Assembly (NCBI RefSeq): GCF_009914755.1 | Contig: NC_060934.1 | Reading direction: 5' to 3' (one strand) | Source: the human T2T-CHM13v2.0 reference genome, Homo sapiens | DNA length: 64,000 bases | Shown here: positions 1 through 15,308 of the stretch, piece after piece | Numbering within the stretch: the stretch's first letter is position 1 | Layout of the letters: each line of letters opens with the position of its first letter | Notes under the pieces: generated by a model | Told to the model about the DNA's origin: nothing | Seen by the model: only the letters and a program-made list of their open reading frames with translations | The model's database searches: none | Translations under genes and position numbers: made by a program

Positions 1-46
1 TCTAACTGACGTAATATTGCAAATGTGATGGGTTGTTACTCCTGGG

Positions 47-89
47 ATGTGTGTGTGTGTGTGTGTGTGTATGTGTGTGTGTGTGTGTG
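47..89. repeat. (TG)n microsatellite
   Basis: About 21 TG units with one TA interruption. Confidence 0.95.
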
Positions 90-169
90 CACAGAAGAAA
101 GGAGAGGGAAGAGGAGAGGAGGAGGAGGAGAGAGACATACATTAGGATATGAGATAGACATATTGCTAG

Positions 170-770
<601 letters not shown>

Positions 771-774
771 TTTT

Positions 775-1255
775 CTCATATGTTTATAGCAGCACAATCT
801 GCAACTGAAAAAATATGGAATCAGTTCAAATGCCCATCAGTGAACGAATGGATAAAGAAAATGTGGTATATATGTACCATGGAATACTACTCAGCCATAA
901 AAAGGAACAAAATAATGGCATTTGCAGCAATCTGGATGGAATTAGAGACTTGTTCTACGTTAAGTAACTCAGGAATGGAAAACCGAATATCATATGTTCT
1001 CACTCATAGGTGGGAGCAAAGCTATGAAGATGCAAAGGCATAAGAATGATACAATTGACTTGGGGACCCAGGGGAAAGGGTGGGAGGGGGATGAGGGAGA
1101 AAAGACTATACATTGGGTACAGTGTACCCTGCTCGAGTGATGGGTGCACTAAAATCTCAGAAATCACCACTAAAGAACTTACTCATGTAACCAAACACCA
1201 TCTGTTCCCCAAAAACCTATTGAAATAAAAAATAAATTTAAAAAAAGTAAAAAAA
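775..1255 (+). mobile_element. L1PB 3' fragment (ORF2 end plus 3'UTR)
   Basis: ORF 780-1043 matches the L1 ORF2 C-terminus (KCPSVNEWIKKMWYI); L1PB-type 3'UTR and A-rich tail. Confidence 0.85.
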
Positions 1256-1389
1256 CCACTTAAAAAAGAACATGTATTTTCTTAAATGAAATCCTGACCC
1301 ACAGAAACTGTATAAGAGAAAATATACTAGACAATATATGTATATTTCCTGAGATGTTCATTTGTTATACAACAATAGCAAACTAATAT

Positions 1390-1803
1390 AGAGCTTCTGT
1401 GGGTCCTGATTTGAGAAATGCTTTAGCTGGGTGGTTCTGTCTTGGTCAATATGTTGATTAGGCCTGCAGTCATCCGAAGGCTTGACTGAGGCTAGGGCAT
1501 CCAATTTCAAGACGGCTCACTTAACATGGCTAGCAAGTCAATGCTGTCTGTTAGCAGGAGACCTCTGTAATGTAATGCATTAACTTCTGTAGGGTTGCTT
1601 GAATGTCCTTGCAGTATGGTAGCTACTTTCACCCAGGGTGAGCAAGGTGGAAGCTGCCATGTGTTTTATAATGTAGCCTAGGAAATTTGAACTATCTTTT
1701 TGATAACACAGGTCAGCCATATTTAATATGAGAGAGAACTACACAAGGCCTGGATAGCGGAAGTGAAAATCACTGGGGGCCATCTTGGAGGCTGGCTGCC
1801 ACA
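1390..1803 (-). mobile_element. Old MaLR LTR (MLT1J/K-like)
   Basis: ctgcagtcatccgaaggcttgactg...atcttggaggctggctgccaca. Confidence 0.6.
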
Positions 1804-1984
1804 GAGATTAGCAACTGGAATACTGTTTTCAAAGAAACAGCTTTGGCTTTTTATATTTTCTCTATTATGTCTTTGTTTTTTTTTCATTGATTTCACTTTT
1901 ATCCTTATTATTTCCATCATTTTAATTTCATTCGGCTTAATTTGCTGGGATTTTTGAGATGGATGCTTAGATCAGTGGGGTTTT

Positions 1985-2295
1985 CTTCTTTTTCTTTTTT
2001 TTTTTTTGAGACAGGGTCTTACTGTGTCACTTAGGCTATAGTGCAGTGATGAATCATAGCTCATAGCAGCCTTAAATTACTGAGCTCAAGTGATCCAATC
2101 CTCCCTCCTCAGCCTTCCAAGTAGCTGGGACGACAGGTGTGCGTCACCATGACCAATTAACTTTTTTTTTTTTTTTTTTTTTGCTGTGACAGGTCTCACT
2201 ATGTTGCCTGGGGTGGTATTGAAGTTCTGGCCTCAAGCAAACCTCCTGCCTTGGCCTTCCAAAATGTTGGGATTATACATGTGAGCCACCACACC
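1985..2295 (-). mobile_element. AluJ
   Basis: Diverged dimeric Alu with J-type ctcaagtgatcc. Confidence 0.9.
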
Positions 2296-3197
2296 TATCA
2301 TATCATTGTTTTTTAGTACTTTGTTTTGTTTTCAAATACATGTGTTTACGATTATAGATTTCCCCCACCCCAGAGTTAGTCACATCCCACAAGTTTTCTA
2401 CTTTTGTAAAATTGTATTGAAGTATAATATACCTGAGAGAAAGTGTGCCATCTTAAATGTACAGGTGGATGAATTATCACAATGTAAATGAATCTCTGTA
2501 ACTAGCACCAAGATAAAAAAAAAACTACTAGTTATTTAAACCTAAGTTTGATAATATTACCAATTACTTTAAAGTTCATGTCTGATAATTCTAATACCTG
2601 AAGCACTTGTGGGTTTGTTTCTTTTTTCTGTTTTTTATTTTGTTCATAGTTTTCAGTCACTTGATCATATATCCTGGCATTCCTGGTAACATATACATAC
2701 TTCTAATTTTTAAAAATTGTACAGCTCTAGCATAAAGAGTCCTACAATGGGTACTTATCCCCCATCTATAACTTTTTTTACACTTTGTTTTCTTTTTACT
2801 CTTTCTAGAATTTATTATTTTACTTTTTGGATAAGTAATATAGTTACAAGTTTCAAAGATAAAAAATTATGAAAGAATGTTAGTGAAAAGTCTCATTCTT
2901 GCAATGCCACCACCCTCTTCCTGTCCTACAGGTAACCACCATGATTAATTTCTGGTATATCATTCCAGAGATAGTTTAAACCTTGTATATAGAAGCAAAT
3001 TATGTATACTGCATTCCTGTGTCTGTTCTGTACTTTGCTTTTTTCACCTGACATTATATTTTGGTGAGTTTTCTGTTTAGTACATAATACATTTTCTCGT
3101 ATTTTAAACAACTGTATTCTGTTGTATGAATTTATCATAATTTATTGAATCAGTCCACTGCTGATGGACATCCAGTTTGTTTCCAGACGTTTGCTAT

Positions 3198-3945
<748 letters not shown>

Positions 3946-4915
3946 AGAAGAGCTGTTTTTACAATTATAAGCAAAGCTGCAAGAAACAATGTGTATCTGA
4001 CATTTTGCATTTGGGCAAGTATATCTGCAGAATGAATGTCTAGATGTGGACTAGGTAGTTAGTTTTGATAATTGTTAAATCACTCTCCTCTAGACGGGTT
4101 ATACCAGTTTATACTTCTAGTAGCAATATGAGTGAATACCTCTTTCGCACAGCCTCCTCAACTCAATGTGTTACCAAACTTAGAATTTTTACTGTTCTGC
4201 TAGTAAAAAGCCCTAATTTCTTTGGATAACTTACTAATTATTGAGTCTTCCTCATCTGCACAACATGGTTAGAAGCTCCTTCAGAGTTACGCCTGGGTCC
4301 TTATTTCTGTTTTTTTCTCCACTGCATACCTTTGTGTCCTTCCTGTTAACCTTATATAGGGCGGGCTCCCTGCACAGAAGGAGGAGATGATATACTCAAC
4401 AGCATCTGTGCATGATAGTTAGAGGGGAAAAAATGCGATGTAGAATCCATTCTATCCATCTATCAAGTTCCATTTAGGAAAACAAAATGTTAGAACTAAA
4501 ATATCCTAATCACAATAATTGACTAGTGAAGACTGAAGAAGTGGTTGCCTAGCAATGCCCTGATCGTCTTTGATGTTGACTGGTTGACATAAGGCGGGAT
4601 CAACAAACACACAGCACGTGTGTGGCCCTGGCACCTGATTCAGATCCTTCCCACTAAGGTCAACAATACCCAGGCTCTTGGAGGCAGCCACTCCTCATCG
4701 ATTATTTGCACATGAGATAAACCTGTTTGTTTTACCATATTGAAGGACTAACAGAAGCACAAACTGTAACTCAAGTGCTTTTCCAGTGAAGAGTGAAATA
4801 GGAAAGAATGAAAATAACATATATCTACCCCCCTCCTCCTCTTCCTTTAGCTTGGGGATCATCATTACCTCCATTTCTCCATTTTATTTTTGTTTCCTTT
4901 TTATTGGCACCACCA

Positions 4916-4917
<2 letters not shown>

Positions 4918-4956
<39 letters not shown>
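4918..4956. repeat. (GT)n microsatellite
   Basis: About 19 perfect GT units. Confidence 0.95.
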
Positions 4957-4960
<4 letters not shown>

Positions 4961-5092
4961 TGAGATTAAAACTTTAGGGAAAGAAACAGCTCTCTTAAAA
5001 ATGTCAGCAACTTCAATTCATTGCTTTTTAAATATCCTGGTTAATAATTTACACCCTTGGTTAAAATATTCAATCATCTACTTAATATATAG

Positions 5093-5404
<312 letters not shown>

Positions 5405-5722
5405 TATTGCTTAGCTTTAATGTGAATCAGTGTTAGCATATACATTCAGAATTCTTTAAACTTCAAAGAAACCACAAAATTATGTATCATGGAAATACAA
5501 ATCAGAACAAAAATCTATTGACTGTGAGCCCACAAAACATAATTTTTGTTTCCTGAAAACAGAAAAGTATGCAAATGAATGAGGCCTTTTAAGGGAATCT
5601 TGTGGCTTCTCAGTCCTTGCTGTTCTGAATTGGTGATTATCAACAGAAATGCCCAACAGGTGATTCTAAAGATACTGGTAATTCTCCACCCTTATCTGAT
5701 TGCACCTACATTTTGCTTGTTG

Positions 5723-5842
5723 CTCATTCTGCATGACACCTAAACGCTGCATGACACCCAAACTCATTCTGCATGACACCTAAACTCAGGTGACACCTAA
5801 ATGCTGCATGACACCCAAACTCATTCTGCATGACACCTAAAC
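5723..5842. repeat. Mosaic minisatellite, 6 x TGACACCYAAA core
   Basis: Units of 22/18/22/17/18/22 bp read directly. Confidence 0.9.
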
Positions 5843-6124
5843 CCTTTAGCAGTCGGCCAAAAGGAGGAAGGAGGGCGTGTTTATGAAACAGACAGCTGTC
5901 GTGAGTCCTGGCGCTCAGCTTCATTCACTAATCAGTTGCCCGTTGGTAACTTGATTACAGATAACTTCAGTGTGACTCAGGCTCGTTTGCCACAGCTGTT
6001 TCTCTTAAAAGTTCTCTGATAAGTCATTGCCACCACTACTTCCAAATAGCATATGTTAACTTTGAGTTAATTTTACATAAACCTGGGTTAATTTACAAAA
6101 TTTTGGCACCAACAACATGGTTAG

Positions 6125-6320
6125 GCAAGGCAGCATGGATGGGTATTGGAATCTGTCAATCTGGGTTGCTGTATACCAGCTCTGGGACTGGGGGCAAGTT
6201 GTAGCAGCCCTGAGCCTCCTGCTTCACCTGTATCAGGGGAGGCTGAGACCCACCTTGCAGGGGTCTTGTGAAGATTAAATGCAGTGCTGTGTGAATGGTG
6301 CCTACCTTCGTGCCCGGCCT
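6125..6320 (+). mobile_element. MIR
   Basis: gggcaagttg...ctgagcctc...cttgtgaagattaaatg MIR core. Confidence 0.65.
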
Positions 6321-6809
6321 GTCAAGACCAGGCAGTTTACACAAAAACACTTGATATTGACTATGAAACAAGATCCGGAAGAGAACAAATATAAATACAG
6401 ATGGATCAGCTAAATGAAGGACTGTCGAGTAAAAACACAAAGAAGATGTTTGTGAGTGGAGGGGGATGGATCTCCTTCTCCACCCAGCAGTGAATATCAT
6501 GGGAATCTCTCTCTACCTGAATCTACCTCTTATAATTCTTAAATTAAGAACCATTAGAACTCTTCTAAACTTTCTAAGTACTCATTACAGTATGAAACCC
6601 TGCCCGCCTCCCAGACAACTTCCTATGGACATTAGATTTTTTAAACATAGGATATGTTAAGTGATGGTCTTCATTCCTCAATGTCACATTCTAAATTTGT
6701 ATTACTTTTTCTTCATTTTCCAAAGCTCCAGCTCAGCATCTTTGTATGCCATATATATATATTTAAAAAGTTTCAGTGGTCTTTTTATGTGTCAGTTTCT
6801 ACACCCCAG

Positions 6810-6930
6810 CCTCAGGTAGTGTAAGCTTCATGAGGACAGGAACCAGCCCTGCCTGCTCACGCTGTCACCAGCATGTTTGCAGGGAGGACACATGACAGTC
6901 AGGTATTGGTTGAATAGGTAAATGGAAGAC
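6810..6930 (+). mobile_element. L2 3' fragment
   Basis: tgtaagcttcatgaggacagggaacc...ttggttgaataggtaaatgg; strand uncertain. Confidence 0.45.
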
Positions 6931-7326
6931 TGGAAAATGTAGGCTGGACTGAGAACTTGTGGATAGACACACCTCAGTGATTAGTGAAAAGGAAGATTGG
7001 TCCAAAGCAATGTTTGTTAACCATATTTTCATTATCAAAGAGGAAAAACTAAACATTCCCTAACAGAAATGAAAAAGGAATAAAATTTTTGTTAGATGAT
7101 GTTGAGCTTTGAAAGGCCACCAAGGACACTTTTAATATCAAATCTTCCTCATCCCCCCAACTCCAGAAAACTAGTTTTTGCTCAGATATTGGCTCAGTGG
7201 AAAATGTGTGGTCTGAAGCTGTAGTCTCCTAGTTTGTGAGCTTATTTTCGCTGCCTGAAGGTTTGAGTCACCGTAGAAGGGGAGGAGGGGTGGTGGAGAT
7301 CAGAAGTGAGGTCTGAACTCCCGGGT

Positions 7327-7369
7327 TGACTTAGGTGCGGAGGGGATGACTTAGGTGCGGAGGGGATGA
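7327..7369. repeat. Perfect 20-bp tandem duplication
   Basis: TGACTTAGGTGCGGAGGGGA x2 plus TGA. Confidence 0.95.
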
Positions 7370-8004
7370 GGTAGAACTGCTGGCAGGGAGGCCCCATCTG
7401 ATCTGAGAGTGAGCTTGGCAGGCAGAAAGCACTTGACAAAGCCCAGGGAATGGTCGGGAGAGACTGGTAGATCCAGCACTCCTATTCCTTGAGGCTGGTC
7501 AGTGATGTGTATTAACCTAGGATGGCTAATGTGTTGGTGAAAGGGATCCAGCTACAACTCCACACTCCTGAGTCGGGGCCCAGTGTTGTGCATTTCTGTC
7601 AAAAATACTGCAGGGGACTGCCAGGCTGCTCTTTCCACAGGCCACACTTTGAGAAGCATGGCGTTAACTCACCTGTGCATGTTACATTTGTTAAAGGGTA
7701 ACTTTTCAAAAACAGGGAAAACTATCATTCATATAGATATAAATGTTATTTTATTAATGAAGTGAGCAGTGAGATGTTACAACCAGTTCAAAAGGGAACC
7801 CAAAGGGACGGACACATCTATTACTCAGAATATTGAAATAAACTGGAAATTGATGCATAAGTGGCTTTGCCACATGGAGAAGGATTGGCTTTCCAAGGCA
7901 GGTTGATTTGCATGTTTATAAACAAGAATCATTTGCATTATCTGTTCTTTTCAGCTTCACATACCATAAAACAGGTGAAAGGCTAGACTAGAAAACCTTA
8001 AAGG

Positions 8005-8287
8005 GGCTGGGTGCGGTGGCTCACGCCTGTTATCCCAGCACTTTGGGAGGTTGAGGTAGACATCACTTGACCCCAGGAGTTCAAGACCAGCCTGAGCAAC
8101 ATAGACCCTGTCTCTACAAAAAAAGTTCCAAAAATTAGCTGGGCATGATGGCATGAGCCTGTAGTCCCAGCTACTCAGGAGGCTGAGGTGGGAGAATCCC
8201 TTGAGCCAGGGAAGTGGAGGTTGCTGTGAGCCAGGATCATACCCTTGCATTCCAGTCTGGGTGACGGAGGGAGATCCTATCTCAAAA
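8005..8287 (+). mobile_element. AluJ
   Basis: ggctgggtgcggtggctcac...cctatctcaaaa. Confidence 0.9.
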
Positions 8288-8487
8288 GTCTGAAGGAGTG
8301 TGATCTAAACAATGTGTAGTGTTTCCACTGAAGCACAGATGTTTTCCCTGTGATTTGTAGTGATTGGCATTTTCAAACTGCAGGTTGCTGTCTATATTAA
8401 CTTGACAGTTTGTAATAACTGCTTGAGATTAGCAGTTTGTCTGTTTCTTCAGTTTAGTTAATTGTCATATGTAGCTCCTCTGTGTAA

Positions 8488-8795
<308 letters not shown>

Positions 8796-9211
8796 CATGA
8801 GGGCTCTTAAATAGAATTCTCATCTATAAAAAGTAGGTACTGTCAGTATTCCCCTCACATAGGTTTATGAAGAAGGCATTTTAAAAAGAGAACCCCTGTA
8901 ATCGATCAGGGACCCCATCTGCCTTCTCTGTGGGCGTAGGATAAATTCTTTTGATTATGTCTATTTGATATAAAAAAATCTGTAGTTAAAATATACCATT
9001 TGCATTATCCATAATAGCCAAAGGGTGGAAGCAAGCCAAGTGTCTATCTGCAAATGAATAAACAAAATATGGTATATATATACACTATATGCAGTAGAAT
9101 ACTATTCAGCCTTACAGAGAAAGGCAATTCTGACACATGCTACACCATGGATGAACCTGGAAGACATTATGCCAAGTGAAATAAACCAGTCACCAAAGAA
9201 CAAGTATTTTA

Positions 9212-10208
9212 TGTGATCAGCTTCTTGATAATCTCCAAAATAGCCACCTTAGCATATTGAATGTTTGAAGCTGAAGGAATCTCAGAAATGACAGGAAGAA
9301 CACTCTGACCTTCCCACCCTCTTCTCTGACGCAGGTCACAAGGCCCTTGGGTGAGAGGTGCCCTCTCTGTCCCTGGAGGAAGGAACATCCTTCTCTCTGA
9401 AGATAACGCTGAATCGAATCTGAATGATACGTCCTGCTGTTCCTCCCAGTTTACTACGCTTAGCTCCTACCCCTTTTTGTCCTCTCACAATTTTCTGCTT
9501 CTCTCCACTTTTCATCAAACTGTTAAAAATTATGGGAGGCCATTCTTTTGGGCTGAGCTCCTGCACTAGCCCTCAACAGATCAGACCAAACCAAAATGGA
9601 GTTACTTATGCTAAATGCTGTGTCATCAAACTGAAACTTTAAGGAAGCAGATAGATCCCCAAACAGACCAGTTTTTCCTGAAAACATGAGATTCCAGTCT
9701 ACTTGAATCAGCGGAAGAAGGAAGTCCCCTCTGCTTTAACTATTACAAAAAAGTAACCGAAGTAGCTTGATGTTAACCAATCAGGTTTTTCTATTCTGTT
9801 TCCTTGTTGCTACCTCATAAAACCTGTGGTTCTGCTATTGCCCAGTGGGAGCTCTCATTCTGTTTTGTAGAGTGGAAGGTGCCCAGATTCATGAATCATG
9901 AATAAAAGCCAATTAAATCTATAAATTTGTTGTAGTCCTCTGATAATATAAAACCTAATTTGTAATTTAGTCTTTTGACGAACCTAATATATAAAGACAT
10001 AGGTTTAACTGTTTCTTCAGGTCTTTATTTCCTTACAAAGGTTCCTAGTTAGATCAAGTTACTTCCAGAAAAGTCAATTTCTTCTGTGTCATATAAAACT
10101 TATATTAAGTAAATGTGTATGCTTTTCTCTTGTTAATCTGTCTTTTGGTACAAGAGCCCCAGCCAAGAAATTAGAAGGGTGGAGGAAAAATATTTTTCCT
10201 CCCTTACA
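9212..10208 (+). mobile_element. MER39/MER34-like ERV1 solo LTR
   Basis: ccaaaatagccaccttagcatattg near the start; end ttgttaatctgtctttt...ttttcctccccttaca. Confidence 0.6.
9521..9980 (+). mobile_element. LTR47-like LTR nested in the above
   Basis: tgttaaaaattatgggaggccatt...gagctcctgcactag...cagaccaaaccaaaatggagt; AATAAA at 9901. Confidence 0.6.
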
Positions 10209-10271
10209 TATGATTCCACTTATATGAGATACCTAGATCAGTAAAATTCACAGAAACAAAGTAGAATGGTA

Positions 10272-10566
10272 GTCAGGCTCAGTGGCTCATTCCTGTAATC
10301 CCAACATCTTGGAAGGATAAGGCGGGAGGATCACTTCAGCCCAAGAGTTCAAGACCAGGCTAGACAACATAGTGAGACCTCATCTCTACTTTAAAAAGAA
10401 AAGTCAGGTGTGGTGGAACATACCTGTAGTCCCAACTACTGGGGAGGCTGAGGTGGGTTGGATCACTCGAATCTGGGGGTTCAAGCTTTCAGTGAATTAT
10501 GATCATGCCACTGTACTCCAACCTGGGCGACAGAGTGAGACCCTGTCAGAAAAAAGAAAAAAAAAG
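10272..10566 (+). mobile_element. AluJ
   Basis: Diverged dimeric Alu. Confidence 0.85.
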
Positions 10567-10745
10567 GGTAGTTTGGTGGTTGCCAGAGGCTGGGGTAGAG
10601 AGGAATGAGGGCTTATTGCTTACTGGGTACAGAGTTTCACTTCGGGATGATGAAAATGTTCTGGAGATGGATGGTGGTGATGGTTGTACAACAGCGTGAA
10701 TGCACTTAATGCCAATAACTGTACATTTAAGACTGGTTAAAATCG

Positions 10746-11083
<338 letters not shown>

Positions 11084-11129
11084 TTATATATACTTTACCA
11101 TGATAAAGACATTTTATAAGCACCATTTA

Positions 11130-11270
11130 CCATTTGATCACCTATTAAATGCTAAGTGCTTTACATATATTTCACTAATCCTTAGAACAACTTTGTTCAG
11201 TAAATATTATTCCTGGTTCACAGATGAGGAAACTGAGGCTCAGAAAGATTATTTATTTGAAGTCTTACAT
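11130..11270 (-). mobile_element. MIR
   Basis: cagatgaggaaactgaggctcaga. Confidence 0.7.
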
Positions 11271-11622
11271 AGGCTTTATAATGTTATTCATGCACTCTTT
11301 ATGCCCTAGATAGTTGGAGAAATTGCAGGGGAGAATCTCAGAAATAACTAAAATAATTGAAGATGTAATCAAGAAACAGAAGTACGTTTGAATAGAGACC
11401 AACTAAAGATGGCTGGGACTGGTTCAGTCTACATATAATTGAAAGGTAAATCACTAGGAAAGGGAAGGAGTCTCTGGGTTTCAAGATGAAATAGAAGTCA
11501 TGAGAATTCTATAAATTTAAATTCAAGTTCACTGAAGAGAGCTAGGAGTCAGCTACTGTTTGCTACAGATAATATTCAGTAAGGAGCTAACTGCTAATGC
11601 ATTGGCCTGGGGAAGTGTTTAA

Positions 11623-11999
<377 letters not shown>

Positions 12000-14900
12000 T
12001 GCTGCTCCTTTTTTTGTAATGGACCTGGGAGATCTTTATGAATGAGGGAAAGACTCATTTCTTTGAATAAGGCAGAATACTAAAGACTAGCCAGCCCTGA
12101 GGCTCATGGTGGTTGCTGTTATTCTGTTGAACGTGAACCCTAGCCTTTAGAAAGGAGCAAGTCTTTGTGGAATACACAGGATTTGAAGTGCAACAAAGGG
12201 GTGGAAACGCAGCTGACCATGATACCCTCAAGTGAGTTTTTCCACTGAATTTGATTATTTTCTCATTTGGCACTTCTTTCTGGGCTTTCTAAGCAGCCCA
12301 AAAACTCTAGATGATTTTACTTTTGTAATTGTATTCTCTTGGGAATGCTCATTCCTGATTCCTCGTTTCACCAAACAGTAGGTGTGTAACCTTCTTATTT
12401 GTTTCTGCCTATAGTAATTCTGGAGTCTTTAAACAAAACGACTGTGACTTTTCATGATGAGTAGAAGATAGGTTTTACTCATGCTACAATCAATATTAAT
12501 TCCTTGCAGTTCAAAGACACTGAGGCCCTGTCTAATAATACAGAGGTTGAACTTGGACTTGGGAGATGACTCCTGTCTCTCGTACTCTCTGTGGCTCTGC
12601 TTTCTGTTATTTTACTCATAAGCTTGTTTTGTCTCCTTGCTGAGAACTGTCAAACATGAAATGTAATTTCAGGCTATAGTGAAGAAGGATGACATAGGCC
12701 GAAAAAATTGGCAATCATTTGGCCTGTACATGTTGCTTTTATTTTTTTTCTGGACTTAAGATATAGACCAAACCTTGACATTTCTGGCCTTTGAGTCTTT
12801 CACAACTGTGATTATAATACATTAGCTCTTCTAGAAGTTAGAAGTGACTTTGGATTAAGTCTTTCATAAGGTGGCTAAATGAATTTATATGGCTCATCAG
12901 AATTCACTAGATTGGTTAAGCAGGAAATTTACAGAGATTTTTTTCTTTGCTGTAAATGTTTTTCTAAATTGAAAAACTTCTAATACTGTCTTCTGGAGTA
13001 CTAGAAATAAGTGCAAGTGATTGTTTTTGGCAGGAGGCCACATAAACATTTCTGCTTCTCTGTGACTTATGGGTAGCATTGATATAAATTGTTAAAAATA
13101 ATGATCGTAGATAGATAATGTATCAGAGTTTGGGCTCAGCCGCTGTAGCTGCTGTTGACCCAGAGGAACCACTGGGATCCTCACATCTCAGGGCAGCACA
13201 TCGTTTGCAGCAATGGTTGGTTCTGTACAACCTTTTATGAAATTAGGTGAGGCCCTTGATTAGAATTTGTTTTTTAAAAGGTTTAATATGAGTTTATATC
13301 TCTAAATATCAGTTTCTAATTTTTTTTAAAAGCCTATGTTTACAACAAATTTGGGAGATACCTATATGCACTACTAACTAGTGTTCTTTTGTGGTGCTTT
13401 AGAAATTCTGGCTTACTTGTATTTTTGCTGGCCTTCTAATGATTTCACTCATCAATCAGAAGATATTTGTGTCCACCTTCCTGCTTCCTCTCCGGTGATC
13501 TTGTCTATTCTTGGCCATTTTAGAGTTGACTTAGCAGCCTTCACAAAACTGGTTGGAATTTCCACTGGGATTAAATTGATAGGTCATTTTTGGGAGACCT
13601 TTGCAATATTGAACTTTCCAATCCGTGAACTTATCTGCCCATGTATTATGTTTGTTTTTGGTAGATTACAAAATTATATGATCACTCCAAAAATTACCTT
13701 GCCCTTTATAGTAAAACCTTCCATTGTAAACTTCTGGCAATCACTGATCTGTGTTCCTCTAGCATTGCTTTTTTTTCAGAATTTTATACAAATGGAATCG
13801 TTCAGGCTGTAGCCTTTGAGTCTGGCTACTTTCATGTACTGTATCAACAGTTATTCCTTTTTATTGCCAAATAGTAATCCATTGTATAAATACTACATGG
13901 TTTGCTTATTGGTTTGTCATTGGAGGAATATGGACTATTTTCACTTTTTGGTAAATTATAAGTGGATTGGAATTCACAAAGTGCTTTTTGTCTGAGCATA
14001 GGTTTTCATTTCACTTGTGCAAATGCCTAAGGGTGTAGGATTGCTGAGTCACATGGTCCGTGTACGTTTGACTTTATCAGAACCTGCCAAATTGTCTTCC
14101 AAAGTGCTGTGCCACTTCTGTTTCTTTAATAAATACAGGGGTATTCAAGCTGTCTGTTTCTTCTTGAGTTTTGGTAGTCTGTCTTTCAAGGAATTGATCT
14201 ATTTCACCTAATTTGTAGAATTTAGAAGCATATAGTTGTTTGTTTTGTTTTTGTAGTATCCATTCTAGCCTTCTAGTGTCTACAGGATTTGTAATAATCC
14301 TTTCATTTCTGGTATTGGTAATTTGTGTTTTCTCTTCTTCCTTTGTCAGTCTGCTAGAGGCTTCCTCATTTGATTGCTTTCCACCTTCCACCACCCCTGC
14401 AAAGAACCAACTTTGGATTTTGTTGAATTTTTTTCCTTTACTGTTTTTGTTTAAATATTACTGATTTAGTCTGTTTTTCTTATGCCTGATTTGAGTTTAT
14501 TTGGTTCTTTTTTTACTTAAAGTAAATGCTTACATTATTGATTTGATGCTTCATTTCTCATAATTTAGTGCTATAAATTGCCCTGTAAGCACATATTTTG
14601 ATAAGATGATGTCATATTTATTAAGTTCAAACTGTTTTCCAATTTTTCTTAAGACACTCTCTTTGACCTATGGGCCATTTAGAAGTACGCCATTTAACTT
14701 CTCATATTTGGGGATGTTCTAGAAATGTTCTAGATTCCTAGTTTAATTCTGTCGTCAGAGAAAATAATTCACTGAATTTTAATTGTTTAACTTCAGGGTT
14801 TGTTTTATGACCCAGAATATGATCTCTCACCACCGCCATCCAGATAATTCTTCAGGTTTTGACGTTTCCCAACCTGTCTGCTGGTTACTTTTCAGAGTAC

Positions 14901-15015
14901 TTGGATCATTGCTATTTATATTTTGTCCAGAGTTTCAAATTGTGATCAGTGGAAATGACAGGCCGTAGCATACATACGCCATCCTGGCCAGCATCACAGG
15001 TGGTCAGTACATCTT

Positions 15016-15308
15016 TCTGTTGTTGTTTTGAGACAGGGTCTCACTCTGTTGCCCAGGCTGGAGCACAGTGGCATGATCAGGGATCACTGCATTCTCAACC
15101 GGCTAGGCTCAAGTGATCCTCCCACCTCAGCCTCCCGAATAGCTGGGTCTATAGGTGTGCTGCCATGCCCAGCTAATTTTTGTATTTTTTATAAAGACAG
15201 GATTTTGCCTTGTTGCCCAGGCTGGTCTCAAACTCCTGAGCTCAGGCCATCCTCTCACTCGGGCCTCCCAAAGTACTAGGATTATAGGCATGACCACCAC
15301 ACCTGGCC
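15016..15308 (-). mobile_element. AluJ with TSD AGTACATCTT
   Basis: TSD at 15006-15015 and 15309-15318. Confidence 0.9.

Noticed and set aside
5723-5842. CRISPR-like repeat-spacer array
   Set aside because: No unique spacers, eukaryotic context, no cas genes; it is a slippage-type minisatellite.
12454-12523. C/D box snoRNA (ATGATGA...CTGA ~70 nt apart)
   Set aside because: No terminal stem and no recognisable guide; an Rfam/snoscan search would be needed.
13381-13812. 143-aa hydrophobic ORF
   Set aside because: Non-ATG start, T-rich antisense L1 remnant; compositional artefact.
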